Shown: one piece after another, positions 45,179 through 52,952 of the stretch
Layout: every line of letters starts with the position of its first letter
How positions within the stretch are numbered: the first letter of the stretch is position 1
NCBI GenBank assembly: GCA_017446455.1
Contig: JAFSQV010000014.1
Coordinates: forward strand, 4,688 to 68,687
Reading direction: 5' to 3'
Source: Paludibacteraceae bacterium
Lineage (GTDB): Bacteria; Bacteroidota; Bacteroidia; Bacteroidales; Paludibacteraceae
Length of the DNA: 64,000 nucleotides
Notes under the pieces: model-generated
The model's database searches: none
Told to the model about the DNA's origin: nothing
What the model saw: the letters and a program-made list of their open reading frames with translations, nothing else
Made by a program: the position numbers and the translations under genes

Positions 45179-45579
45179 TGACCATTAACGAGTTTAGAAA
45201 ACGGCAGGAGAAACGTAACAAAGGAAAGGCTGCAGCCTCGGAGCACGATTTGCAGGTGCAATGCGTGCATATCTTCCGGATGCTATATCCGAATCAATGG
45301 CGACTACTGATGGCTATTCCAAACGGCGGCTACAGAACTGCCACGACAGCGCGTAAGATGCACGCGGAGGGAGTGCAGGCCGGTGTACCGGACATGCTGC
45401 TTGCAGTGGCCCGAAAAGGCTATCACGGCCTTTGGATTGAAATGAAAAACGGCAAGGCAGGAAGAGTTTCCGAGCTCCAGAATGAGATGATCGCCAGACT
45501 GAAAGCAGAAGGCTATGCCTGCGCCGTCTGCCGAACACAAGAAGAATTTATCAACACCATCAAAGAATACATAGATTAA
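45178..45579 (+). CDS. VRR-NUC domain nuclease
   Basis: The PD-(D/E)xK pattern ...GVPDMLLAV...GLWIEMKNGKAG...Q fits the VRR-NUC signature. Confidence 0.7.
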   Translation: MTINEFRKRQEKRNKGKAAASEHDLQVQCVHIFRMLYPNQWRLLMAIPNGGYRTATTARKMHAEGVQAGVPDMLLAVARKGYHGLWIEMKNGKAGRVSELQNEMIARLKAEGYACAVCRTQEEFINTIKEYID

Positions 45580-45591
45580 TCGTAAAATATA

Positions 45592-45730
45592 GGCAGGGTA
45601 CAAAAAAACTCCCTGCCGGCTAAAGTCAAGGAGTTTGCAGACATATTGACTTTAGACAAAGGTGAGGTAACCACCACGACAGAGAGTAATACTCCAAGTT
45701 GTGCGGTTACCTCGCTTATGTTTTATGTCT
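45592..45730 (-). ncRNA. candidate structured small RNA
   Basis: Minus-strand TACCTTTG box (45738-45745), then three hairpins. These are GAGGTAACC...GGTTACCTC (45664-45713), CTAAAGTCAA/TTGACTTTAG (45620-45655) and GGCAGGG/CCCTGCC (45592-45617). No credible ORF is present. Confidence 0.4.
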
Positions 45731-45768
45731 GCGAGTGCAAAGGTACAACAAAAATTTGACATACGCAA

Positions 45769-46080
45769 ATGAAAAGTGAACTTTTTGCAAAAATTCTTGC
45801 TGTTGTGGCTCAAGTTACGGAATTGGAGCCACAAAAAATCCTATCTAAAACAAAGACAGAAGACCTCGTCGCCGCGCGCAGCCTATTCGTACACCAATGC
45901 GTAAGATTCGGAATACCGCCGATATCTATTGCAGAGTTTATGAACCGCAGTAAAACAAAGTGTATCGCAAGGAGCCTTGAAGCATACAACAGCTACTATA
46001 GAACCTCCTATTTATTCCGAGAGATGGACAACATGATCGCAAGTATGGTCCATAAAGATGCCGCATCTATGCCACAATAA
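45769..46080 (+). CDS. DnaA domain IV-like HTH protein
   Basis: ILAVVAQVTELEPQKILSKTKTEDLVAARSLFVHQCVRFGIPPISIAEFMNRSKT resembles the DnaA C-terminal DNA-binding domain. Confidence 0.55.
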   Translation: MKSELFAKILAVVAQVTELEPQKILSKTKTEDLVAARSLFVHQCVRFGIPPISIAEFMNRSKTKCIARSLEAYNSYYRTSYLFREMDNMIASMVHKDAASMPQ

Positions 46081-46126
46081 ATCCGCAACTATCCCACTAC
46101 TCTTTCTTTATGTCGGAGAGAAGCAG

Positions 46127-46134
46127 TACCTTTG
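46127..46134 (+). promoter_or_regulatory. promoter -7 box (TACCTTTG) of the right-arm operon
   Basis: GCAGTACCTTTGCACCGTC, 62 nt upstream of ATG 46197. Confidence 0.5.
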
Positions 46135-46196
46135 CACCGTCTTTTGAAAGCGCGCAAAAAGGCACAAAGTGAAACAATCAAATCATTATTACAACT

Positions 46197-47060
46197 ATGG
46201 CAGAAAGTACAACCATTTACACTCCGGACGCAGGTTCGGCAAGTGTAAATAGCATGCTCCCTTGGCTGATGGGTAATCATGGTGGCTTCGGCGGTAACGG
46301 CTGGAGTGACCTGATTGCGCTGTTGGTCGTATGGGGCATCTTCGGCAACAACGGCTTTGGTGGTGGCTTTGGTGGTAACAAAGCAGCTCTGACTGCGATG
46401 GCTACCAATAACCAAGACCTGATTATGCAGGCTGTTGCCGGCAACCGTAGCGCCATCTCTGAGTTGGCAGGAAACCTCAATGTTTCCATCAATGCCGTAC
46501 AGCAGAGTCTCAATGCGCTTGGTCTCGGTATTCAGCAAGTGGGCAACCAAGTTGGTATGTCCGGCTTGCAGGTTATCAACGCTATTCAGTCCGGCAATGC
46601 CGACATCGCTTCCAAACTCGCTTCTTGCTGCTGCGAGACCCGCAACGCGATCACAACCCAAGGCTTCGAGAACCGTCTGGCTACTCTCCAGCAGACAGAC
46701 GCTATCAACGCCAAGATTGCGGAGCAGACCCAGGTTATCAACGACAAGTTCTGTGACCTGGAGAAGCGCGAGATGCAAAGCAAGATTGATGCTCTGGCTC
46801 AACAGAACACCATCCTGCGTGGCACAATCGACAACGCAAACCAGACAGCAGCCATCCAAGGCTACGTGGCGCAAACCGTCGCTCCTGTTGCTGCATCGCT
46901 CAATGAGTTGAGCAAAGAGGTGACAGCCATCAAAGGCTGTATGCCTCAGTCTGTAACCATCCCGTATTCGCCTGTTACAGGTGTTCCGACGGCTGCATTG
47001 GCTTTTGCCGGACTGGGCGCATATGGTTACGGCTATGGAGGTAATGGATTCTTCGGATAA
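46197..47060 (+). CDS. glycine-rich / coiled-coil protein of unknown function (287 aa)
   Basis: N-terminus GGFGGNGWSDLIALLVVWGIFGNNGFGGGFGGN, a central Q/N/A-rich helix with SCCCE, and C-terminus GLGAYGYGYGGNGFFG. Confidence 0.6.
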   Translation: MAESTTIYTPDAGSASVNSMLPWLMGNHGGFGGNGWSDLIALLVVWGIFGNNGFGGGFGGNKAALTAMATNNQDLIMQAVAGNRSAISELAGNLNVSINAVQQSLNALGLGIQQVGNQVGMSGLQVINAIQSGNADIASKLASCCCETRNAITTQGFENRLATLQQTDAINAKIAEQTQVINDKFCDLEKREMQSKIDALAQQNTILRGTIDNANQTAAIQGYVAQTVAPVAASLNELSKEVTAIKGCMPQSVTIPYSPVTGVPTAALAFAGLGAYGYGYGGNGFFG

Positions 47061-47078
47061 TGAAGAAAGGAGGGCACT

Positions 47079-47423
47079 ATGTGGGACTTCTTTAATTTCA
47101 TACCGATGCTCCTCGTGAATCGTCGCGGTTCCTTGTTGCTGCCAACTACCGGTCTTTCCGTTAGTGCAACTGCCGCGACATTCACCCTCCCGTCGTACCG
47201 CGTATGTGGTCCTCGCGGCACCATGCTCATCAAGATTTCACAAGCGTTCCCGGACGGTGCCACCGCCACACTGCCTATTGTGTTCACTGCTAACGGTGGT
47301 ACGCAGGCGGCAACAAAAGTCGGTGGTGATCCGTTGACGATTGCTGACATCCCGGGCACGGGTGTTTACGAGTTCTACTACGACCGCGAAAGCAGCACCT
47401 TGCAACTGCTTGGAGCTGCATAA
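47079..47423 (+). CDS. hypothetical protein (114 aa)
   Basis: Same operon. Beta-rich composition. Confidence 0.5.
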   Translation: MWDFFNFIPMLLVNRRGSLLLPTTGLSVSATAATFTLPSYRVCGPRGTMLIKISQAFPDGATATLPIVFTANGGTQAATKVGGDPLTIADIPGTGVYEFYYDRESSTLQLLGAA

Positions 47424-47469
47424 ACGGCGAAAGAGCAAATCAAGTTAAATCAACTAAAAGTCAAACAAC

Positions 47470-47982
47470 ATGTTCAGTACACTTCGTAAGGGCACGCTCG
47501 TTTATGTGCTCAAGAAAGACGGCAAACCATCAGTAGACATATGTGAAGTTGCCGAGGTCACGCCTCCAGCATTCACAGCAGGCGCTACTACATTCCAACC
47601 AGGCTTCCCATTGCAGCAGCGGACAACCGTTGATGCAAAAGTCAAATCCGGTGACCAGGTGCTCGAATTCAAGCAGCTGCCATCCGATGCAACTATCTTC
47701 AGCTACAACGGCCAGACGGTCGTTGCTGACAACAAAGACGACATCCTTCGCGAGATTGAATCTATGCGAAATATCAGTGCAGAGGCACTTGCCTCTGTTG
47801 ATAAGCACAAGGAGATCGTGAGTTGCTGTGATGAGATCATTGCAAAACTCAACCCTCAAGTCCGTAGTGCTGCAGAAAACACAAGGGCTATGGAAAAGCT
47901 CAACGGCAGAGTGGACGGTTTGGAAAAGTCCATCGGGGACCTAAAAGGCATGCTCTCCGAGGTGCTGAAACAAAGAAAGTAG
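47470..47982 (+). CDS. hypothetical protein (170 aa)
   Basis: Same operon. The C-terminus is coiled coil. Confidence 0.5.
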   Translation: MFSTLRKGTLVYVLKKDGKPSVDICEVAEVTPPAFTAGATTFQPGFPLQQRTTVDAKVKSGDQVLEFKQLPSDATIFSYNGQTVVADNKDDILREIESMRNISAEALASVDKHKEIVSCCDEIIAKLNPQVRSAAENTRAMEKLNGRVDGLEKSIGDLKGMLSEVLKQRK

Positions 47983-47994
47983 GAGGACACCGCA

Positions 47995-48252
47995 ATGGGA
48001 CTTTTTATTATCAGCAAAAAAGACGGCTCAAGCGTTGACGAACTGCGCGAGTTCAAACACAAAGTCAAGACCGCAAAGAAGCTCATGGAAGAGATTTGCG
48101 AAGATGTCGAATCCATGGAGGCTGAGTACGGAGGAGACTACAGCGAGCGCAGTCGGTACCGCGAGCACTGGGACGATCGCGATCGTGAACGCGAACGCTA
48201 TCGCGACGAGATGGAACGTGACCGCTACCTTAGTGAGCGTAGACGTTACTAA
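47995..48252 (+). CDS. hypothetical protein with an RD/RE-rich tail (85 aa)
   Basis: The C-terminus reads RSRYREHWDDRDRERERYRDEMERDRYLSERRRY. Confidence 0.45.
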   Translation: MGLFIISKKDGSSVDELREFKHKVKTAKKLMEEICEDVESMEAEYGGDYSERSRYREHWDDRDRERERYRDEMERDRYLSERRRY

Positions 48253-48302
48253 TCAGTAACCCGGGCAGGGGACTAATGTTCTCTGCCCTTAATTTTGAAA
48301 TT

Positions 48303-48704
48303 ATGAATAAGACAATATATGAAGATATGCCGCGCGAAATGCGTGCATACCTAAGCAACTACGGTTGGCATTTCAATAAGGCTCTGCAGGAATGGGCAGC
48401 GTCACATATGCGCGACAAATCCGGCAATCCAATCAAAGCGTACACAAAGGAATCGCTCGATGCTCTCCTTAAAGCTTATGCTGTCGATTTGAAAACTGAC
48501 CACATATACGATGCGCTGTATGTGGCTAATATGTGCAGGGCCGATTTCTACGGATCGTCTGTTGCCGACGAGGCGCATCTGGTCAAGTACGTGGCCGATT
48601 ACGTGAATGATCCGGACGGATATGAAGGCATGCCGTTTGTGCGGTTCTACGCAGACACTTGCATGAAGAACGACTGCACAATCTACTGGGAAGATTTCAT
48701 ATGA
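48303..48704 (+). CDS. hypothetical protein (133 aa)
   Basis: Start moved to ATG 48303, after the GGGCAG...CTGCCC hairpin. Confidence 0.5.
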   Translation: MNKTIYEDMPREMRAYLSNYGWHFNKALQEWAASHMRDKSGNPIKAYTKESLDALLKAYAVDLKTDHIYDALYVANMCRADFYGSSVADEAHLVKYVADYVNDPDGYEGMPFVRFYADTCMKNDCTIYWEDFI

Positions 48705-49120
48705 TCCGGCAGACGATAAATATCGAGCAGTACGGGTGGGATGCTTACGTTTATATGGCAGCCACACCAGCAGACGCACCGGAGATTATAGGCGTACTGG
48801 AAAGTATAGGTATCAGCGCTGCGCAATTTATGAAAGCAGAGAGACATCTTCAGAGTGCTGTTCGTGATAGCGGAATGACATACTCTTCCGGAAGAACGCG
48901 CGAGAGCGTAGTCGTTATCTCCAGGAGTACATCGCCAGAAGAAACAATCAACACATTTTCACACGAACTGCGCCACCTGGCCGACGATATTGCAGAGGCA
49001 CTCAACATCCCGCATCGCGGAGAGGAAGTTGCATACCTTACTGGAGATATCGCGTGTGCGCTTGCGGGTTCATTACTGCATATCGCTTGCGAATGTCCAA
49101 AGTGCCGAAATGCCGGATAA
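48701..49120 (+). CDS. HExxH zinc-metallopeptidase-like protein (139 aa)
   Basis: FSHELRHLADD plus a C-terminal CECPKCRN. ATGA overlap with the upstream gene. It is the last prophage gene. Confidence 0.5.
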   Translation: MIRQTINIEQYGWDAYVYMAATPADAPEIIGVLESIGISAAQFMKAERHLQSAVRDSGMTYSSGRTRESVVVISRSTSPEETINTFSHELRHLADDIAEALNIPHRGEEVAYLTGDIACALAGSLLHIACECPKCRNAG

Positions 49121-49160
49121 ATAGCGAATTTTCGTCAAAATCTCGTCAATTTAAAAATAA

Positions 49161-49205
49161 AAAAGAACGTAAAATGCTAATACACAGCACGATACGTTCT
49201 TTTTT
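49161..49205 (+). terminator. rho-independent terminator at the prophage right end
   Basis: AAAAGAACGTA...TACGTTCTTTT stem followed by a T-run, directly before attR. Confidence 0.6.
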
Positions 49206-49206
49206 A

Positions 49207-49221
49207 TGTGACCCCGCTGGG
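49207..49221. repeat. attR core (identical to the 3' end of tRNA-Arg)
   Basis: TGTGACCCCGCTGGG is identical to 5281, 5330 and 5379. Confidence 0.85.
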
Positions 49222-49282
49222 GCTCAAACCCAGAACCTTCAGAACCGGAATCTGACACTCTATTCAATTGAGCTACGGGGCC
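49209..49282 (-). tRNA. tRNA-Arg (CCG)
   Basis: Minus strand reads GGCCCCG TA GCTC AATTGAATA GAGT G TCAGA TTCCGGT TCTGA AGGTT CTGGG TTTGAGC CCCAG CGGGGTC A. 74 nt. Confidence 0.85.
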
Positions 49283-49289
49283 GAAGAGG

Positions 49290-49976
49290 TTACCTGCGGT
49301 TTCCTCCTAAAAAGATCAGTATGTAATACACCAGTGTGGCGAGCGACGAGAGGGCGGCTACGACGTAGGTATAAGCGGCGCTATGCAGTGCATCGGACGC
49401 CATCTCTGTGGTCTCGCGATCGGTGAGGCCTGATTCTTGCAACCAGTTTACGGCGCGCTGACTGGCGTTGACCTCCACCGGTAAGGTGATGAAAGAGAAG
49501 AGGGTCGTCAGTGCGAAAAGACCTATGCCTGCCAGCAGGATCTGCGGGAAACTCTCAATGAGCAGCATACCGGCGAGGAGAATCCACGTCATCCAGTTGC
49601 TGGCAAAAGACACTACGGGTACTAAAGCCGAGCGCATCTTCAGCGGCGCATAAGCCGTGGCATGTTGAACCGCATGTCCGCATTCGTGTGCGGCTACTGC
49701 TGCGGCTGCTACGTTCGTACCGTAATACACATCTTTCGAGAGATTGACGGTCTTGGTAGCCGGATTATAATGGTCGGTGAGTCGACCGTCGACATGCGTA
49801 ATCTGCACATCCGTGATACCGTGGTCACGCAGCATCTTTGCCGCCACGTCGCGCCCGTTCATCGGCAGGGCTTCTTTGCTGTATCGCTCAAATTTCTGCT
49901 TGAGCGAATAGGACACGAGCCAACTTGCCAAGGCGATGGCGATGAAGATGATCCAATAGATAGTCATTGTACTCAT
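49290..49976 (-). CDS. membrane zinc metallopeptidase (YugP/Zn_peptidase_2-like)
   Basis: AAHECGHAVQH motif with flanking TM segments. Confidence 0.75.
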   Translation of the reverse strand: MSTMTIYWIIFIAIALASWLVSYSLKQKFERYSKEALPMNGRDVAAKMLRDHGITDVQITHVDGRLTDHYNPATKTVNLSKDVYYGTNVAAAAVAAHECGHAVQHATAYAPLKMRSALVPVVSFASNWMTWILLAGMLLIESFPQILLAGIGLFALTTLFSFITLPVEVNASQRAVNWLQESGLTDRETTEMASDALHSAAYTYVVAALSSLATLVYYILIFLGGNRR

Positions 49977-50452
49977 GCTTTTGCTTTCTTTTGTGCTTTC
50001 AATTCCAGCATTTTACATTTGCGGCATTCGCCATAGAGCAGGAGCGTATAGTGCTGCATAAAAAAACTCTGGGTCTTCTGCTCCCGGATGATATAGTCGA
50101 TAGCCGGTGAGCGAAAATTGGTGGTTCGTCCGCACTTCTGGCATATGCGTTGCATCCGGATCGAGTTGCCGGTGATCAGTTCATACTCCGTTGCCTGGTG
50201 TCCTTTTTGCCGCTTGGTAGCATGGATAATCTGCGCATCCAGGAAGAGTTGCAAGCAGTTATATATCGTTCCCGTCGAGACTCCGTCCGACTGACAGGCA
50301 TTTTCCAAGTGCTCTGCGGTGAAGGGCTGAGGCAACATACATGCTTGCTCCAACACCTTTTCCCGGATAGCGGAATAGCGACCATCGTGCTCTTGCAAGT
50401 ACGCATTCATCCGCTCCAGTGCTGCACCGAAGATTTTGAAGACCTTGCCCAT
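49973..50452 (-). CDS. Fur-family transcriptional regulator
   Basis: wHTH (STGTIYNCLQLFLDAQII) plus CxxC...CxxC (CQKCGR...CRKC). Confidence 0.75.
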   Translation of the reverse strand: MGKVFKIFGAALERMNAYLQEHDGRYSAIREKVLEQACMLPQPFTAEHLENACQSDGVSTGTIYNCLQLFLDAQIIHATKRQKGHQATEYELITGNSIRMQRICQKCGRTTNFRSPAIDYIIREQKTQSFFMQHYTLLLYGECRKCKMLELKAQKKAKA

Positions 50453-51582
50453 TAGATCGCTTTGATATATGCGCGGTGTTGCTTATGCCGCTTGTGGTCA
50501 AACTGCGTAAAATTCGCAATGTTCTTGGTGTTCGTCTCCAATATGTTGGTCGTCTCCAATATTTTGATACCGTACTTGTTGATGATAGGTATCTGGTCCT
50601 GGAAGAACAAGGCATTGATGCCTTTGTCCTGGTAGTCCGGACGAACGGCGATGAGCAGAAAACTGAACGAATTCATCTTTTTTGCCCACAGCGCTTTCAG
50701 CAGGTAGTACCAGCCGAGCGGCAGTAATTTGCCATGACATTTACGCAACGCATCCGAGATGTCAGGCATACCCAAACCGACACCTACGATCTCGTCTTTC
50801 TCATTTACAACCAAGGTCACGAAGTCGAAGTTCAGCAGCGGGAAATACATGTTCTTGTAGTAGTTCTTCTGCTTCATCGTCATCGGTTGGAAGTTGTACA
50901 AAGTCTGGTAGGCCTCGTCAATGACGTCCATATACTCGATGCCGTACTTGCGCACCAGTTCGCGCGAGTTCTTCACTTTGTCCACGCGTACGTGCGAGCG
51001 TTCCTTTACTATATCGGCGATGCGGCATAAGCGCTCCGGACAGCCGTTGGGCGGATAGACTCGGAACTCAAACCAGTCGGCTTCTTTTGTTAGTCCGTAG
51101 GCCTCCATATGCTTCACGTAATACGGGTAGTTATACAGCGAAGCCATCACCGCGGGATAGTCATACCCGTCAATGAGCAAGCCTTCGTGGTCGAAATCCG
51201 TAAATCCTACCGGACCGTTCAATGCATCCATGCCACGTTCTTTTCCCCACGCTACAACGGTATCCAGCAGGGCACGACTTACCTCCAGGTCGTCAATGAA
51301 ATCGATCCAACCGAAACGGACATGCTTGTATCCCCATTTCTCGTTGGCTCTGTGATTGATGATACCGGCGATACGTCCCACTGCTTGACCGTCCTGGAAC
51401 GCCATCCATAACTGAAACTCGCACACCTCCAACGCAGGGTTTTTCTCCGCGTTGAAGCAGTTCATCTCATCGAAGAAGAGGGGAGGACAATAGTACGGAC
51501 AATCGGCATACAAACCATTAGCGAACTGAATGAATTGTTTCAGTTCGCGCTTCGTGTTGATTTGTCTGATCTCTATTGCCAT
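50452..51582 (-). CDS. GNAT-like acyltransferase family protein
   Basis: Start moved to ATG 51582 (MAIEIRQIN) so it does not overlap tRNA-Ala. Contains IAVRPDYQDKGINALF, an acetyl-CoA-site-like segment. Confidence 0.5.
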   Translation of the reverse strand: MAIEIRQINTKRELKQFIQFANGLYADCPYYCPPLFFDEMNCFNAEKNPALEVCEFQLWMAFQDGQAVGRIAGIINHRANEKWGYKHVRFGWIDFIDDLEVSRALLDTVVAWGKERGMDALNGPVGFTDFDHEGLLIDGYDYPAVMASLYNYPYYVKHMEAYGLTKEADWFEFRVYPPNGCPERLCRIADIVKERSHVRVDKVKNSRELVRKYGIEYMDVIDEAYQTLYNFQPMTMKQKNYYKNMYFPLLNFDFVTLVVNEKDEIVGVGLGMPDISDALRKCHGKLLPLGWYYLLKALWAKKMNSFSFLLIAVRPDYQDKGINALFFQDQIPIINKYGIKILETTNILETNTKNIANFTQFDHKRHKQHRAYIKAI

Positions 51583-51586
51583 TAAG

Positions 51587-51659
51587 TGGAGCATAGGGGA
51601 GTCGAACCCCTGACCTCAACATTGCGAACGTTGCGCTCTACCAACTGAGCTAATACCCC
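51587..51659 (-). tRNA. tRNA-Ala (CGC)
   Basis: Minus strand reads GGGGTAT TA GCTC AGTTGGTA GAGC G CAACG TTCGCAA TGTTG AGGTC AGGGG TTCGACT CCCCT ATGCTCC A. The G3:U70 identity pair is present. Confidence 0.85.
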
Positions 51660-51665
51660 TTTTTG

Positions 51666-52058
51666 TGGAGCTAGCGGGAGTCGAACCCGCGTCCAAACAA
51701 GGAACAATTCCGCTTTCTACACGCTTATCTTGGCCTTCGTTTTCGTCCGGTAGCAAGACCCAAGCCACCAACTACCGGCTTATCTGCTAAGTTCTCGATA
51801 CCGCATCGCAGCCTGCGATATCTATTCTGTGAATTCCCGCACCGCTATATCCTTTCAGCCCACAGACTCGGCTTGGAGCGATGTCTCGTTCAGGCGCCTT
51901 GCGCCCGAAGAAAGCTAATCTACTATACTTCGATTAGGCAGCGAGAGCATACTCATAGTTGTTGCCAGTTATGTGTCGAAGCGAGATTTACGAGCGTTGC
52001 CTCATTGCTCGGCGTGCTTACACAACCATTCTACCTGCTGTCAAAACCAAATAGCCCC
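51666..52058 (-). ncRNA. ssrA: tmRNA
   Basis: The 5' end GGGGCTATTTGGTTTTGACAGC pairs with the 3' end TAGCTCCA (G3:U70), and the T-arm is GCGGG-TTCGACT-CCCGC. The internal tag reading frame GGC AAC AAC TAT GAG TAT GCT CTC GCT GCC TAA encodes GNNYEYALAA. Confidence 0.85.
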
Positions 52059-52136
52059 CGGAGGTGTCCCCGTTAATCGGGGAAACCGGCCTCCGCCGGA
52101 AGGGGCACTATACCCCTTGATTGCTAAAAGCGAGCG

Positions 52137-52144
52137 CAAAATTA
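52137..52144 (-). promoter_or_regulatory. promoter -7 box (TAATTTTG) for ssrA and tRNA-Ala
   Basis: Minus strand reads GCAGTAATTTTGCGCTCGC, about 80 nt upstream of the mature tmRNA 5' end. Confidence 0.5.
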
Positions 52145-52181
52145 CTGCTTTTTTTTGAATTATGCAAATATTTTTGAATTT

Positions 52182-52952
52182 TTATTCAAAAGAGAGGTAC
52201 GGAGCAAGGCGTTTGAGTTCGTTTTCGCTGAATTCCGGAAGGTGTTGCAAGTCCTCAATGCCGTTTAGACGTGTGCGCTTTCTGCGCAGTGTATAAACAG
52301 CTTTTGCCTGCTGGTAGCGGATGTACGGATGACGTTGAAGTCGCTCTGCTGAGCTGCTGTTAACAGGAATCTGCTGTACCTCGTTGCTATCCGCCGTGAA
52401 ATGGCTTAATAAGGTGTCCAAACGCAGTTTGACAAACTCTTCGTCCGTCAGTTGGGTCGGACTGATATACCCGCCTAACTGCTCCCTATATCGGATAATC
52501 TGCATGGCGGTATATCGGCCGATGCCGCGGATGAGTTGCAGTTCGGCAGTGTCCGTATGGTTGAGATCCAAGACGGTATCTTTCTTGATATGCCGCGCAT
52601 AATACCATCCTACGGAGTCGCGCCAGAGAGAGTCGGCTACGCGAAAAGAATCATAGGCCAGTTGCCGCTCGCGTTTCCATTCGTCGCGCCGCATAGAGTC
52701 TGCCAAGCGAAAGGAGTCATAGCGCTGTTCGCGTTCTTTGGACCATTGCGCATATCGTAACGAATCGACACGCCGCATCGAGTCCTTGCGCTGCTCCCAT
52801 GTGCGTTTGACAGGTTCTTGCGGTGCTTGTAATTCGGGGTAGTTAGAAGGCCACAAAGCCACGGTCAACCAAATGATCAGGAAGATACCGAAGAGAATAA
52901 ACGCACCGATACGTTGCTCTTTAGCCAAGATATGTCGGTCTTTCTTAGCCAT
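52182..52952 (-). CDS. ComEA-like helix-hairpin-helix DNA-binding protein
   Basis: N-terminal TM segment. The HhH motifs read LNHTDTAELQLIRGIGRYTAMQIIRYREQLGGY and SAERLQRHPYIRYQQAKAVY. Confidence 0.65.
   Translation of the reverse strand: MAKKDRHILAKEQRIGAFILFGIFLIIWLTVALWPSNYPELQAPQEPVKRTWEQRKDSMRRVDSLRYAQWSKEREQRYDSFRLADSMRRDEWKRERQLAYDSFRVADSLWRDSVGWYYARHIKKDTVLDLNHTDTAELQLIRGIGRYTAMQIIRYREQLGGYISPTQLTDEEFVKLRLDTLLSHFTADSNEVQQIPVNSSSAERLQRHPYIRYQQAKAVYTLRRKRTRLNGIEDLQHLPEFSENELKRLAPYLSFE

Larger units (their letters stand above)
5379..49221. mobile_element. integrated temperate tailed prophage (~43.8 kb), apparently complete
   Basis: 15-bp direct repeats at 5379-5393 and 49207-49221, the right one being the 3' end of tRNA-Arg. 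The tyrosine integrase lies next to attL. Lysogeny, recombination/replication, packaging, head, tail and lysis modules are all present and tightly packed. Confidence 0.88.

Noticed and set aside
45652-45834. 60-aa minus-strand ORF
   Set aside because: It begins upstream of the only minus-strand promoter box and overlaps the start of the DnaA-C-like gene. The region is better explained as structured RNA.
46089-46874. 261-aa minus-strand ORF
   Set aside because: It is antisense to the glycine-rich/coiled-coil gene that follows the 46127 promoter. Its start lies inside that gene and no minus-strand promoter is present.
21869-49120. Stop-codon reassignment in the prophage (suggested by a UCA-containing tRNA-like element)
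   Set aside because: All large late and early ORFs are intact under the standard code. TGA, TAA and TAG each terminate well-supported genes, often in ATGA or TAATG overlaps, so there is no sign of in-frame recoded stops.
51873-52158. Plus-strand ORFs 51873-52076 and 51973-52158
   Set aside because: They lie inside or antisense to the tmRNA gene.
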